A stretch of DNA of 63,413 bases, filler included, from Aduncisulcus paluster (lineage: Eukaryota), in NCBI GenBank assembly GCA_024181965.1. It is 35 parts of 35 records of this genome, joined end to end, with 100 filler letters (N's around TTAATTAATTAA, not from the genome) between each part and the next. Parts side by side here need not be neighbours in the genome. Positions count along the whole stretch, not along the records: positions 8,965 to 15,727 come from BQXS01000549.1; positions 15,828 to 17,011 come from BQXS01000550.1; positions 17,112 to 18,551 come from BQXS01000551.1; positions 18,652 to 19,933 come from BQXS01000553.1; positions 20,034 to 21,264 come from BQXS01000554.1; positions 21,365 to 26,786 come from BQXS01000556.1; 29 more parts are not named here. The stretch is one strand, 5' to 3'. Under the pieces are notes generated by a model. That model was not told where the DNA came from and did not search any database. It was given only the letters and a program-made list of their open reading frames with translations. The position numbers were made by a program, and so were the translations under genes. Shown piece after piece: positions 11,120-24,321 of this stretch (positions are counted from its first letter, which is position 1; the number at the start of each line of letters is the position of its first letter).

Positions 11120-14100
11120 ATGAAATTAAAGCACGATAAAACGATATATTCTGGTGGTAAGAGTTGGAAGATCATTTCTAAATTAGAATTTAGTGGAAAC
11201 TCTAAAAAACTTGCTGCTGTTTGTGATAAATTCATCAATATATTCGATGAGAAAGGAGAACGGAAGGATAAGTTTTTTACAAAACCAGCAAACAAAGGTC
11301 CTAAGAATTTTTTTATTACAGATTGTGCTTTTTATCATGATGGGTCGCGATTGGCCACTTGCCAAACTGATGGAGCTGTATTTGTGTTTAAGTTTGGAAA
11401 GGAGAAGAAATCCATTGGAAATCGGTTTCTTTTAGAAGTTCCGGCAACATGCATGTGTTGGCCAAAAGCTCTTGATAAGAATCTTCTCGTTGGTACTGCT
11501 ACTGGTGAGATAAAGCTTTGTGTTTCAAAAGGAAATACCATTGAAACAATATATTCTCCTTGCCCTGAGCCTGTAACGTGTATGAGTTATATCCCCGACT
11601 CTTCGACTGTCTTTGCTGGGTTTGCCAATGGTGATCTTCATATTCTGTCTCCTGATTCAAAAGATAAGAAAGCAACAAAATTATATTCATTCCCATGCCC
11701 AATCACGCACCTTAAATGTACCAAACATTCAGTATTGATTGGTCTTGCAAATGGTAGTCTTCTTGCGATGACTCCTAAGAATTCCCTAAGTTATCACTCA
11801 ATTATGCACTGTGAACCATGGGAAATCGAAATGCCTCGCTCCCAAAAACCTATTCAGGCCATATGTTGTGACCCTTCTGCTATGAGTTGTCTTGTTTTAC
11901 GCTCTCATACTTGTCTCATGCTTCGCTTTGGCTCTTCTCGGCAATGGGAATGTGCACGTGATGTGACGGTTCGGGATGGATTCTTTTCAGCCGCTGCTTG
12001 GAGAAATGATGGTGCTGTGTGCGTTATTGGAACAGTATATGGAGATATTGATATGTTTAGCGCTCGAATGCGCACTGTTCGTCTTGGGGACTATGAAGCC
12101 ACTTTTTCAACTCCCTCGTCGTTTATTCTCAGCAAGGAAGCAGAAGATATTGAAGGCGAGGATGGTGAGGGTCTCGGTCGTTGGGTCATCACCTCATCAG
12201 CTTCCGAGATATCCTCTGTCAAAGTTGTTCGTGACCGGTTTTTGGTTGCTCGGACACCCACTTCCCTCCTTGTCGGTGATTTGCTCGGTGGAGAGGAAGG
12301 AAGAGGAGTCTGGGGAGAAGTTCCCTGGAGAGGAGGAGGAAAAGAGAAATTCCTCTTCGACACTCCCGGAGTGGTTCTTATTCATAATGCTGGAGAAATT
12401 GTCGTTATTCCGTATGGGTCTGAGAATGTCCTCTGTACGGTCAGAACCGAACATGCCTCGCCGGCTCTCCTCAGTGTCCGTCTCGGAGTTGACGATGAAG
12501 TGATGGTTGAGAAAGGAGTGGCCTGTCTCCAGCCATCATCCACTCCGGATGATGATGAAGACCAATATCGATTCAAACGTTTCGCTTGTCTTGCTGATAG
12601 ATGTACCATTTCTGTTACATCCCTTGAAGGTTCCTCATTCATGCCCATATTCACTGTACAACATGACACTCCTATTGACTGGGTTGAGTTAAATGACCTT
12701 GCTAACCTCATGCTCTTTAGGGATCGTAAGAGACGTCTGTTCATGGTGGCCATCCCTCCTTCAATGGAAGAACAAGAAGCGATGAGGAAGTTCTACCTCG
12801 TTCATCCTCAGGCTCGACAGTTCTCTTCTGGCTCTGGCATGGCTTTTGAGGCTCATAACGCGACTCGATTACTGCTTGATAGCGTGGGTTACGTACAATG
12901 GGTTCCTGGATCTGATGTCTGTGTGGCTCAGAGTGGGGATCAGCTCTTTGTTTTCTACTCTTCTTCCGCTTCTGCCCATTCCAGACCTACCCAGATCATG
13001 GTCAAAGGAGAGGCTGTTGCTATCGAACGTGAGAGTGGTATGACGGTGGTTCTCGTTGAAGAGGAAGGAGAAGTGGCAGAGTATCAGCTCAGTGAACCAC
13101 TTATTCTCTTTGGGACTGCTCTGGATCGTGGGAATATGCACGGAGCAATCGCTGCACTCGAAGATCTCCCTATTGCCGATGCTGTTCCCCTGTGGAAACG
13201 ATTGGCCTCTGTCGCTATCGCTTGTCGCGACCTTGCCGCTGCCCAGGAAGCCTTTTCTGCCCTTGGTTTCACTACAAAAGCCAGGATGCTCCGCCAGTTG
13301 ATGTGGAAGGTCGAGAAGATGAGAGTGAAAGACCAGAAGAGTGATGGCGAGATTGATGCTGTCATTCAAAGCACTCTTGTTCTTCTTGAAGATAGTGATG
13401 TTGGAAGGACTCTTAGTGGTACAGTTAGTGGATCGATGGGGACTTCTGGGGATTCTTCCTCTTCATCTCCTTCTTCCTCCACTTCGATCTCAGCTTCTGT
13501 CTCTCTTCTTCTGTCCTTTGGACGTGTTGATGACGCCATTGCACTTAAAAAGACTGTTCTCGATTATAAGGGAGCTCTCGAGATTGCTGAGCAACATTTG
13601 GCTCCTTCTGAGGTATCTACAATGCGTGTGGAATTCGAAGAATGGCTCAAACGTACTGGTCAACAAGCTGAGCTAGGTCGTTTAAGCGAGAAGAGTGGAG
13701 ACTTCGAGGGTGCCGCTTCTCTATATCTTAAGGGTGGGGCCATCCCTCAGGCATGTGAACTCGTGAAGAAGCACGGCGTCTCTATGTTTTCCTCTGGAAT
13801 TATTGAGAACATTATCCAAAGGCTCAAACAGGGCAGGATGTATGGAACCTGTGGTGAGTTCTTGACTTTCTTGGGAAGATTCAATGAGGCGCTTGAGGAG
13901 TACAAGCGTGGAAAAGAATATCGGAACGCATTGACCCTTGCCCGTCAACGTTTCCCAGATCGTGTTCGTTTCCTTGAAAGTGAATGGGGAGACTATCTCG
14001 TTGCCCAACAAAGCCCTGACATTGCTGTTGGACATTACATTGAAGCAGGGGAAGGTATGAAAGCCCTTGAAGCTGCTCTTGCTGCCAGACAGTGGAAGAG

Positions 14101-15727
14101 CATTGTTCGTATCTTGCCCTCTCAAGACGTTGACAGTATTCAGGTCAAGGAATTCACAGGACGTCTTGCTGAGGCGATGGTTTCTGTTGGACGTGTGAAA
14201 GAAGGTATATCATTCTTTTTGAAGGCTGGTCTACTCAAACGTGCGGTTGATGTTTGTGTCCGTGAAGGTGAGTTCGCTGAAGCCAAGAAGATTGCCTCAT
14301 CCATGTCTCCTTCTGAGGCCTCTGCGTTGTTGTCTGAACATGCTCATGTATTTGTGAAGAAAGGAAAGATTCATGAAGGGTGTGACATGTTGGTCACAAT
14401 TGGACACATTGATGATGCTCTGTCTCTCTGTTTGAAGAATGGAGCCTACGATCATGCAGTCACTGTTGCCAAGAGATATAAGCCTGATGCCCTCGAGGAT
14501 GTGAGTATCAGCGTTAGTAATTCTCTCGCTAAGGAAGGCAAATATGACCATGCCGAACAGATTCTTTTGAGTGGAGGGTATTCCAAGGCTGCTGTCGATA
14601 TGTATGTCAAATTCAGGATGTTTAGAGAGGCTTTAAGAATTGGGAGGGGAATGTGCAACGATACTGTTCCCAGCACTGCTTATATATGGTACAAAACTCT
14701 TGGAGAATCACTTGATTCAATGGAAATTGTTGCCAAGGAAGGATGTGCCAACGAGTTGATGAACTATGCAATCAATATGGAAGACTTCGATACCGCTGCT
14801 TTGGCTGCCCAACACACTGATAACCCTGTAATCAGTGCTGAGAAAGTTGAAGTGGGCAAAGCAGTGTGGCTCGAGGAACAAGGAAGACACACTGAGGCTG
14901 AAGCGTCATTCATTGAAGCCAAGAAACCAAGGGAGGCCGTCTTGATGTGGATCCATGTTGGAGACTTTGAGTCTGCCATGCGTGTTGCTTCCGACCATTG
15001 TCCTTCCTCCGTTCAGGAGGTCAAGGTTGCAGAAGCTGAGGAACTTATTCGTAGTGGAGATGTTGGTGGTGGAGCTCGTCTTCTTGTCCAAGCTAACAAG
15101 GCCCACGAGGCTGTGATCGTCTTGAAAGAATCTCACATGTGGAGTGCTGCTCTTGCTGTTGCCAAAGCCCATGTTCCTCACATGGTCAGTGAACTTGCTG
15201 CCGCCTATGCTCATTCTGAAGGAAGTGTTCAGCGTGCTTCCTCACCCACTCGTGTTGACTCTCAGCCTGTGCGTTCTCAGATGACAATGAATGTTGATGA
15301 AGATGAAGATGACATGTTAGCATCCAGAACAACGTCAAAGGCTGCGGAATCAAAGAGGGGTGAAGCTGCGCGTCAGCATGAAACTCACGATTCTTTGATC
15401 AGTCAGAGGAAATGGGTGGAAGCCTTCGAGGTTGCTGCCAGTGAGTCTCCTCAGGCCATTGCCCATGTTGGAGGTGCTCTGTGCACGGAGCTTATACATG
15501 CCAAACAGTACATTGCTGCTCTGTGTGTGATGTTGGATAGTTCATTCAAACCTCATTCAAACAAGGAGTTTGTTATGATGTCAGATGCTTTGAAAAATGT
15601 CGCAGGTCAGTGTATTTCAAGTGCTCAGACTTATCCAAAACCTTTCCTCGAGAGTGTGTCTGCTCTTCCTGATGAAGCTTTCCCAAAACAATTGTATTCT
15701 ATTTTTGGAGCTGAGAACACTTTATTG
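11120..15727 (+). CDS. IFT172: Intraflagellar transport protein 172 (WD40 + TPR/alpha-solenoid), 3'-partial
   Basis: GERKDKFFTKPA, HDTPIDWVELN, YVQWVPGSDVCVAQSG, LESEWGDYLV, AEASFIEAKKPREAVLMW motifs. Confidence 0.95.
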
Positions 15728-15827
15728 NNNNNNNNNNNNNNNNNNNNNNNNNNNNNNNNNNNNNNNNNNNNTTAATTAATTAANNNNNNNNNNNNNNNNN
15801 NNNNNNNNNNNNNNNNNNNNNNNNNNN

Positions 15828-16471
15828 GAAGGAGTCTTTTGTATCCATAAATCCCGATTCCAATCCTTCAAAAGATCACATTTGTTTAGAAATACAACGA
15901 CACTAACCTTCTTTACATGCATTTCTTTCTTTGTAAATGAAACGATTGGCCATACGTAACCTCTCTTGGGATGAAATATTAGGGTAGAAATATGATCAGG
16001 CGTAATAATAGATTTTGGGGGGATTTTGAGAATCCTCGCGGCAATATCATGTCTATACACTCTATCTTCAGACAATCTGGCACCCAGGGCATCGACTCCG
16101 ACCATACAGACAAAACAAGATTTGTATTTCTTGGAGGATTGTGATTGATACTGGTATGAGAAGGAATGAGGAAATTTCGTAGGAATAACGGGATCTCTAT
16201 ATGATAATGCAGCTTTTAAAGGCTTTCCACGGGCGCCATCAGCTTCAACAATGACTACGTCGACCAAATTACTATCCAAAAGATCGCATGCCAATTGCGG
16301 ACTTGTACCCTGTTCTTTACCATCATATAGACCCGAAGAAATGAAACCAACGATGCCCAATGGTATTTCCAATAATTCTTCTGACGAACTCGTTGAAACC
16401 AGCTCAATTCTCGGACGTTCGCGAGTTTCTCTCGTATTCGCAGTTCTGGTCAGTTGATTCTCGCCCTGCAA
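15828..16471 (-). CDS. yqeC: YqeC-like selenium-dependent molybdenum hydroxylase accessory protein (partial)
   Basis: DVVIVEADGARGKPLKA..DPVIP, VGVDALG..L...VYR, VFLNKCD. Confidence 0.75.
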
Positions 16472-17111
16472 GGCGGATACATGGCATCTTGCAATCCGTC
16501 CCTGCTACAATTGCAACCCATGTTGCTGTAGCGCTGAATCCTCTATTTGACCGTGCTGTGACCGCATACATAGTGCGTGCTAAATCTCGTGCTCTCAAAT
16601 GCGTGTCAGCTCGGATGACCGTGGCTCAAGGTGTTCTTTTTTCCGGTGACATACCCATCGATCCCCCCCTTGATGTTCAATCTAGTGATCTTCCAACTAC
16701 ACCAGCCGATGTCCCTCAGGCATCAACTACTACCACACAACAAGAACCTCCTTCCTCTTTTACTGTTCCGTCTCCCTCAGTCCCTCAACCAACCTCACAT
16801 CGTCATCGTATGATATCTTCCTGATCACAATCGCTCTGGAGCCATCTCAACCCTTATCTCCACTTTTGCTGACATCGATCGTAGGATTCGTACTCATGGT
16901 CATAGTGAAATCAACAAGGGTCTTGAACGCCTTCTAACGTGTACTCAGTGCTACTTAGTAGGGCGTAAAAGGAAGCGTGGCAGAAAAGGAAAAGGGGATG
17001 GTAAATACCGTNNNNNNNNNNNNNNNNNNNNNNNNNNNNNNNNNNNNNNNNNNNNTTAATTAATTAANNNNNNNNNNNNNNNNNNNNNNNNNNNNNNNNN
17101 NNNNNNNNNNN

Positions 17112-18551
17112 GGACAATTCAGAAGGGACAGAAATATCGCTGACATCAGAGAGCATGTCAATCACATCCTTCAATAGCTTCCCAAACGAATACATATCAC
17201 TTGCAGGGGTAGGATGTGGACGTGAATGTTCCTTGATTGCTTCACTCAACTCGGGGGCAATGTAACCTGGAGTACCAACGTACATGGTTTGGCTCAACAG
17301 ACGCATTGTTCGTTCACTACAGTCAATAGATCCCTCAAAGTCACACAGAATACCATTGCCAGAAGGATCAATCAAAATGTTTGTCGGTTTCAGGTCACAG
17401 TGAACAATTGATTGGCTGTGAAGGTGGGCGATAGCAGAAAGAACACAAATAAAGACATGAATAACTGAAGAAAGATCAGGACGTGTATTCCTAACCCATG
17501 AGAACATATCTCCTTGTGGATAGTATGGAAACACGAGATACGCACCTTTTCTTGATGGATTATGAACATGCTCATCGTGGAATATGCACTGAAGTGGAAT
17601 GATGTATGGACACGATCCAGACATTCGAGGAGCAAGGGCAGAACGCAACAGGGTCCTGTAGTTAGCAGATAAGGAGGAAGGTAAGGAAGAGGAATATGAG
17701 GTTGAATTTGGACCGAAATGGATGTATTTCAATACGACTTTTTCTTGAAGAATCCCGATATCCAATCCAACATGTTTTTGCCACAGGGCGGTGAATATAT
17801 TTCCTTGGTTTCGACTTGGCCCAAGCCCAAGTGAGGTCGCACCAGTTATTGATATTCCACAGAGATCTTGGATATTACTGAACATTTCCAAGGAAACCCC
17901 GGCATTGAAGAGGAAGGGAAGAGAAGAAAAATCACTGGATGAGACAGAAGGGGAGGAAGGAATTGTTGACAAATCGTGATCAAGGATGTTGGAGACATTC
18001 AAACGGGTCGGAATAACGAATCCAACATTGGACAGGTGAGTGGCATGTTGTTGAAGTTCAACACATCGATGGAACCGTTTGTTCATTTTTGAACGAATGG
18101 AATTGATTTTCTTGGTTATTTTCTCAGAATTCAAAACGAGTCTCTGGATTTTAATCTTCAAATCATCCACATTTTCTTTTTTGTAATCCTCACTCAATGA
18201 ATCATCATCACTCTCCGAATCATCGAAAGATTCAGACTCAGATTCTTCACAAGAATCGGCATTTGCAATCAAATCGGATAACTTTTGGCGCAGCATTTCA
18301 ATTTCGTGATCAATAGCTGCGACTTTAATCTTCTTACCTTTTATCTCGCTCTTCATTCTCTTCATGCTCACATCTATTTTATCAACCTCAGCAACACTCC
18401 TTTCGATCTCACGAACACTTTCACGCCACTCTGAGAGTTCACACACTCGTAGAACACAACACAATACTGCACGACGATATTCATTGGCCGTATGGATGTA
18501 TTCAGTGCATTGCTCGAGGAGAGAGCAAATTCCATGGGCAGCATTTACAAT
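17112..18551 (-). CDS. Ser/Thr protein kinase with N-terminal coiled coil (partial)
   Basis: VVLK, IVHCDLKPTNIL, DFE, GTPGYIAPE, SDMYSFG. Confidence 0.9.
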
Positions 18552-19706
18552 NNNNNNNNNNNNNNNNNNNNNNNNNNNNNNNNNNNNNNNNNNNNTTAAT
18601 TAATTAANNNNNNNNNNNNNNNNNNNNNNNNNNNNNNNNNNNNNNNNNNNNATTGCCAATGACTCGGTCGTTTTGATGTTCTCAATGGTGAATACGACAG
18701 AGGATTGGTCAAATGGCCGGGATATAATTGACATACAATAAAATAAACGGTCTTTGTGTGTCCAGGAAAGAACGAAAGGAGACAAAATCGAAAAACAAAA
18801 ATGGTCGATCCATTTCATTTCATTTTGGACCCATTCCCGACCTCCCATGTCCGAATGTTTTATGCTACTAACCATAACTATGTAAAATGATTGCATTGGG
18901 TGTGTTTTCCAAGAAGAGATTTCTCGATATTAGTATATAACCTTCCAGAACTTCCGATAGTCGCTACAACTTCCATTACTCCCTAAGTTGTCAACATGAT
19001 GTCCATATATCCATTTATTATGATTTGTATAAACGCGATTAGTTGCCGATTTTATCATTCTTTTAAAGACTTTGTCTCTGTAGAAAATGGAATCCGATTC
19101 GAAATTCGAATCTTCAAAACATGGTTGTTTGGGGATCTAAATGCCCCATTATCTGGGTTATTGTAACGATGGTCAAATCGATTTTAAGAAGTGGATTGCT
19201 GACGAGACATGGATAAGTAACTCTACTGTTGGTGAGTTTAATCGTCATTAACAGATCTTATTATGGTCTTTATCGAAGAACAAATGGTTTATATTTTATC
19301 TGTAAATGAACAAAAAAGTATGTTGTGTTCCCCGCAGCAGTATAATGTGGATGTATTGGAACAGATCCATCAGAAATCTTCCTTACCATATTCTACTCCT
19401 TAAAACCGCGGTATATATTTGTTTATCCAATTTTATTTCCTTGATTTGAAATGTACTTCAACAAACTAACCGAAAAAATCTAGTTCAACCAAAGCCAAAA
19501 AAGTCAAAATCTGTTGTCGTGAATACAAGGAAGAATAATCAATTTGAAACAGAATTAAATTATAAAATTAAAAAATAATTAATTATAGAAGACATTTTTT
19601 ATTTTCTGAGACCATTTAAAAGCATAAGAATCCTGAGGGAAATATCTGTTTCTCAGGACAAAAATACCATTTTTTTTCCATTTTTGACTGAATTAAAATT
19701 ATTAAA

Positions 19707-19933
19707 ATGTTTAAGACAAATCATTTTAATCCCCCTTGGTCCAGAACTATTGCTGGTTATAATAATTCCAGCCATTCTAAGACCAAGCTGAGATTCACTT
19801 CTGCTTGCCTCAGCCCCATTGCTTCCCTGCACATTATTTGGGTATTATTCGCTATTATGCTTGTCCTTCCCATTTATGGTTCCTCTGATGTCATTCCAGA
19901 TTCTTTCCTCCTGAATGACGTCTGCCTTGCCCT
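19707..19933 (+). CDS. N-terminus of an LRR surface protein, near-identical paralog of 34081-34307
   Basis: MFKTN(H/N)FNPPWSRTIAG...DVCLA almost identical at DNA level. Confidence 0.8.
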
Positions 19934-20574
19934 NNNNNNNNNNNNNNNNNNNNNNNNNNNNNNNNNNNNNNNNNNNNTTAATTAATTAANNNNNNNNNNN
20001 NNNNNNNNNNNNNNNNNNNNNNNNNNNNNNNNNCTATTCTCACTCAAGGAAACAGTACCAAAGGAAAGAGTACCATCAACTGTTACATCTTCATCAAATG
20101 AAGCACTGTTACCAACATTCAATACACGATGTATCTTGTTCACGATCACAGGAGTGGAGATAGACAGACTTGAGTTGGCTGCACTGTATAAAATGGCTTT
20201 ATATGTCAATAGAAACAGAATATCCTGAATAAAATGACCCGTAGTACTTGTTATACAGAGCATTCCTGAAGAATTTGATGGGTAAGGGAGGATATTTGAA
20301 TCAACAGTATCATACTATGATAGCTTAGGAAGGATCATTAATATCAAGACCTTTGGTACTTCTGACTAATATTCTCTCATTTTCAAAGACCAATACCGAG
20401 AGAATCTAGTGAAATGGATGTATAATGCAGATTCTGATCCGAAAATAAAGTAATGAGCTGGTCAGAAGGATGAGACATAATATCTTTGATACTAACTGTG
20501 AATAGTGTAGATATGGTGTGATTAACAGTTTTTTGGTCCTCAACGAAGCGACACTGAAAAGGGATGATCATCTA

Positions 20575-20627
20575 TGATAAAATAAAAATATAAATAAATT
20601 CGTGAGCAAAATATTATTATTATTACA
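20575..20627 (-). mobile_element. Putative 53-bp 3' LTR (TGTAAT...TTATCA) after PPT 20628-20637
   Basis: 28 nt after the chromodomain stop: ggtgggggaa|TGTAATAAT...TTATCA|tagatgatcatc. Confidence 0.6.
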
Positions 20628-20655
20628 TTCCCCCACCAATGGGCGATTAAATCGC

Positions 20656-21264
20656 TCAATCTTCCAAACCCAATTCTTCTCTAAGTCCTGGGACAATGTC
20701 AAGATACCTTTCGAAGGCTTCTGTGTCCTTGACATTCTCAAACTCTTCCCAGGTCTCATCTTCTTCACTGTAATCTTTCCAGTGAACCTTGAATTTCATA
20801 ATCTTACCGACTTTTCCGTGGGCTTTGATTGACTCGACTTCATATAACTCACCATCCTTTCCTGATAAATTTAACAGCTCAGAATCCGATGCTGTTCCTT
20901 GGTCACATAATCTTAGACGGGAAATATGGGTTCTGAATCTTCTTCTTTTGTCCAAGCTTTCAATCCAGCAAAAGAAATCATCTTCTACTTCCACGACCTT
21001 GAACGGACCCATGTTTCTCGTTACATTCTTTCCCATTATTCTGCTAGTTTCTCTCACTAACCAAACTAGCTGACCAACTATAACTCCTTCTCCCCACTCA
21101 TGAAGACTTCCTAAAGTTTCTTCGCTCCTTCCTCTCGCCTTATCTTGAATCGTTGTCAACAATTCAGAAAGCTTAGTAACATATTCCGAGGATAATTGTT
21201 GTTGTTCTTCTTCTTCTTCTGAACCAATACAGGGAGTCCATAATTCTTCCAGAGATCCTCTACC
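20656..21264 (-). mobile_element. Chromovirus-type Gypsy integrase C-terminus (GPF/Y + chromodomain)
   Basis: GPFKVV...THISRLR; YEVESIKAH..FKVHWKDYSEEDETWE. Confidence 0.9.
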
Positions 21265-22004
21265 NNNNNNNNNNNNNNNNNNNNNNNNNNNNNNNNNNNN
21301 NNNNNNNNTTAATTAATTAANNNNNNNNNNNNNNNNNNNNNNNNNNNNNNNNNNNNNNNNNNNNATCCAAATAATCCAAAACAGAAAACAGTCATTCTCG
21401 TGCTGATTGTGAAATAAAATTCAAATATTGTGGAATAGTATTTATATCCAGATGTATTTAGAAAGATTGACATTTGAAATCATCTCAATTCTCGACAATT
21501 ATGAAAATCATCCTTTCCCCGATGGTCTAAGAATAATATTCCACCCTTTTTGAAAATATTATCCTTTCAAATTAATTATATTCCCCCACCGATGAAAACA
21601 ACCCCGTTTCAAGCATTTTCTATGTGGGACATTTTCCATCTCCCTCTATTGAACGATTCCCGATGTTTTTTCGCGAACCTGTTGAATCATTTTATTTTCC
21701 TTTTGTTGGCATTGATGATGTCCTCCTTATCGTTTCTAGACGACTCCAATCCCATCCTTTCTTCTCTTCCCTTTTCCCAATGTCCTTATTGTGCCGTCGT
21801 TGTTGTTGAAAGCTCTGTTGGGACTGACCTTGGACAAGTCTCGTTTACTGATGTGTCCATATGTCATGATCATTGTTTCATGCCATCCTATTCCATGAGC
21901 ATGTCTTCTTTCTCTTCTGGCGTGCAGGTCGGACCATTGTCTGGTTCCACGAGAAATACTCTTCCACGGCATTCCCATCCTTCATTGTGTTCTTCATGTT
22001 GCAG

Positions 22005-22544
22005 TATTGACCATGATGGAATTCTGTCTCGAGTGGAACCATCAGACATGATGTTTCTGCCGTTTCTGCCGTTTCTGCCTTCTCGGCTGTCTCTACCATC
22101 TGGATCTTTTTATTTCTACCCCTGACATTCTTTCTTTCCCCATTCATGTAATTATTTTACTTGTAAAGAATCACACAATACAACTTTCGAAGGCGCTCAG
22201 AAATTAATTAATTGTGGCGAATTCGTTGGAACAGATAATGATATTTCTAACATTAATTCTCTTTNNNNNNNNNNNNNNNNNNNNTATTGACCATGATGGA
22301 ATTCTGTCTCGAGTGGAACCATCAGACATGATGTTTCTGCCGTTTCTGCCGTTTCTGCCTTCTCGGCTGTCTCTACCATCTGGATCTTTTTATTTCTACC
22401 CCTGACATTCTTTCTTTCCCCATTCATGTAATTATTTTACTTGTAAAGAATCACACAATACAACTTTCGAAGGCGCTCAGAAATTAATTAATTGTGGCGA
22501 ATTCGTTGGAACAGATAATGATATTTCTAACATTAATTCTCTTT
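22005..22544. repeat. Identical 260-bp duplication flanking a 20-N gap (assembly artefact)
   Basis: 22005-22264 equals 22285-22544. Confidence 0.9.
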
Positions 22545-23862
22545 CTTCACTTACTCAACTGTCCCTTTTGCACATTTATCATAAGACTCTAATCTATGGC
22601 CATAATGTTTATAACATTGAAACTCTGTATTCACTACACAGATTGAATTCTTTGGCGATATTTGGCAATGAGCGGATTTATGATGTATCTGTATCGTATC
22701 GGAATATTGGAATGACCATGCTCATGATTGCTCATTCTTATATTACAATTGGTATAATTCCTATGTGTCGATCAGAAGATGACGGTGATTATATGGATTA
22801 TATTAGGAATATATTTCCTTCAATTTCTGATAATTACAACAATAGAACAACTCACTTTTTACCTAATAGCTGCCCCCTTAACGCCGATAATAATGAATAC
22901 TGTGATCCCGATACTTACTCGTCATGTCCTTCAATTGTTCTGAACGAGGTGTACAACAGCACTGCTGATGAAGTGACGAGAAACAATGTGCATTCATTGC
23001 GAAGACAAGTGGATCTGTTGATACTGAAGATCTTACATGTTACACTATCCATGATGATAATATTAGGGCTTATTTATCCGACCCCACGAATGGGTGTCTG
23101 GGTAGTTCTGATATTGAAACTAATGGAGTGATCAGTGTTGCCACATTGAGGAGTTCTCTGTCATGTCCTTCTTCCTCATTGTCTCTCTCATCCATTGCAA
23201 CCGATATGCTTTTATCCTCTGTGAATTCCATTACGACTCTGCAAGGTCTTGAGTATGCCACTTCATTGACGTCTCTGACTGTTGATGGGTATGACTTGAG
23301 TAATGTGAACGATTCATACGAGTACGATAAGCTGGTTATCCAGATCCTGGCGAAGGCCGTGACATCTGGAACTATTGATTCCGGTCTAAAATCATTATCT
23401 GCGAGTGGATGTAACTTGAGTGCTGTGAGTGATGTGCTCGACCTGACCCCGATTAATGAAAATGATACTGCCACACAACCCTTCAAGCTGACATCCCTTG
23501 ATCTCTCCAATAACTCCATCTCGGACGTGTCAGTTCTCATCACCTCTGATCTATTCCCCGCGGATACTCTCACAACCCTTGACATCAGTGGTAATTCTAT
23601 TTGTAACATTGACAATGTTGTGAGTGCTCTCCAGACCAAATTCACGAACTTGTCATCCGTGACATATTCTGACCAAACATGCCATTGTTCCGCGTCCGTG
23701 TCTTCTTCGTCTTTCCAAGTGTGTCGTGAAGTGTATCCCGATCGTTGGGCCGTTGAGTGCTGGAATGGATACTACCTTGACAAAGCGAGTGGAGAGTGTG
23801 TTGCAGCATGTCCGAGTGGCACTGTACTTGATACCTCTGAAAGCTGTACAGGAGCTCAATAA
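22448..23862 (+). CDS. LRR + Cys-rich surface protein (frameshift near 22980; possible pseudogene)
   Basis: LRRs (LTSLDLSNNSISDV) and QTCHCS..QVCREVYPDRWAVECWNGYYLDK module shared with 50663-52128. Confidence 0.75.
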
Positions 23863-24321
23863 TAAAATGGAAGATTTAAAACTTTTAGGGTTTCTTTGTG
23901 GTTACGTTTGAAGTATGTGAATGGAGATAAAGGAAATATTGCTAATCAAAATGAACAGATAGTTATGAACATATACCGATGAAAGAAATGGAACAGCTTC
24001 ATAGATTATTATACGAAAATAAACTACAACAACAATCATATGAATTCCCAACAAGCAAACAAAATGACATAAATTAGCAAAATTCCAACCATCACAATTT
24101 ATAAAACATAATGAATTAACATGAAATGATTAAAGGCAAACCTCAACCCAAATAAAGCAAAGAAAAGATTCTATTACAACATGAAGAATGTTGCCAATCG
24201 GAATTATCGAAGAGGAAATAACAACAAAAAGGAAACCACCTCCCAAAAACAAAATAAAAAAGCAAAATTAACATCACACAAGAGAATAATAAATAAAATA
24301 AAATGTATATAGATAAACAAT

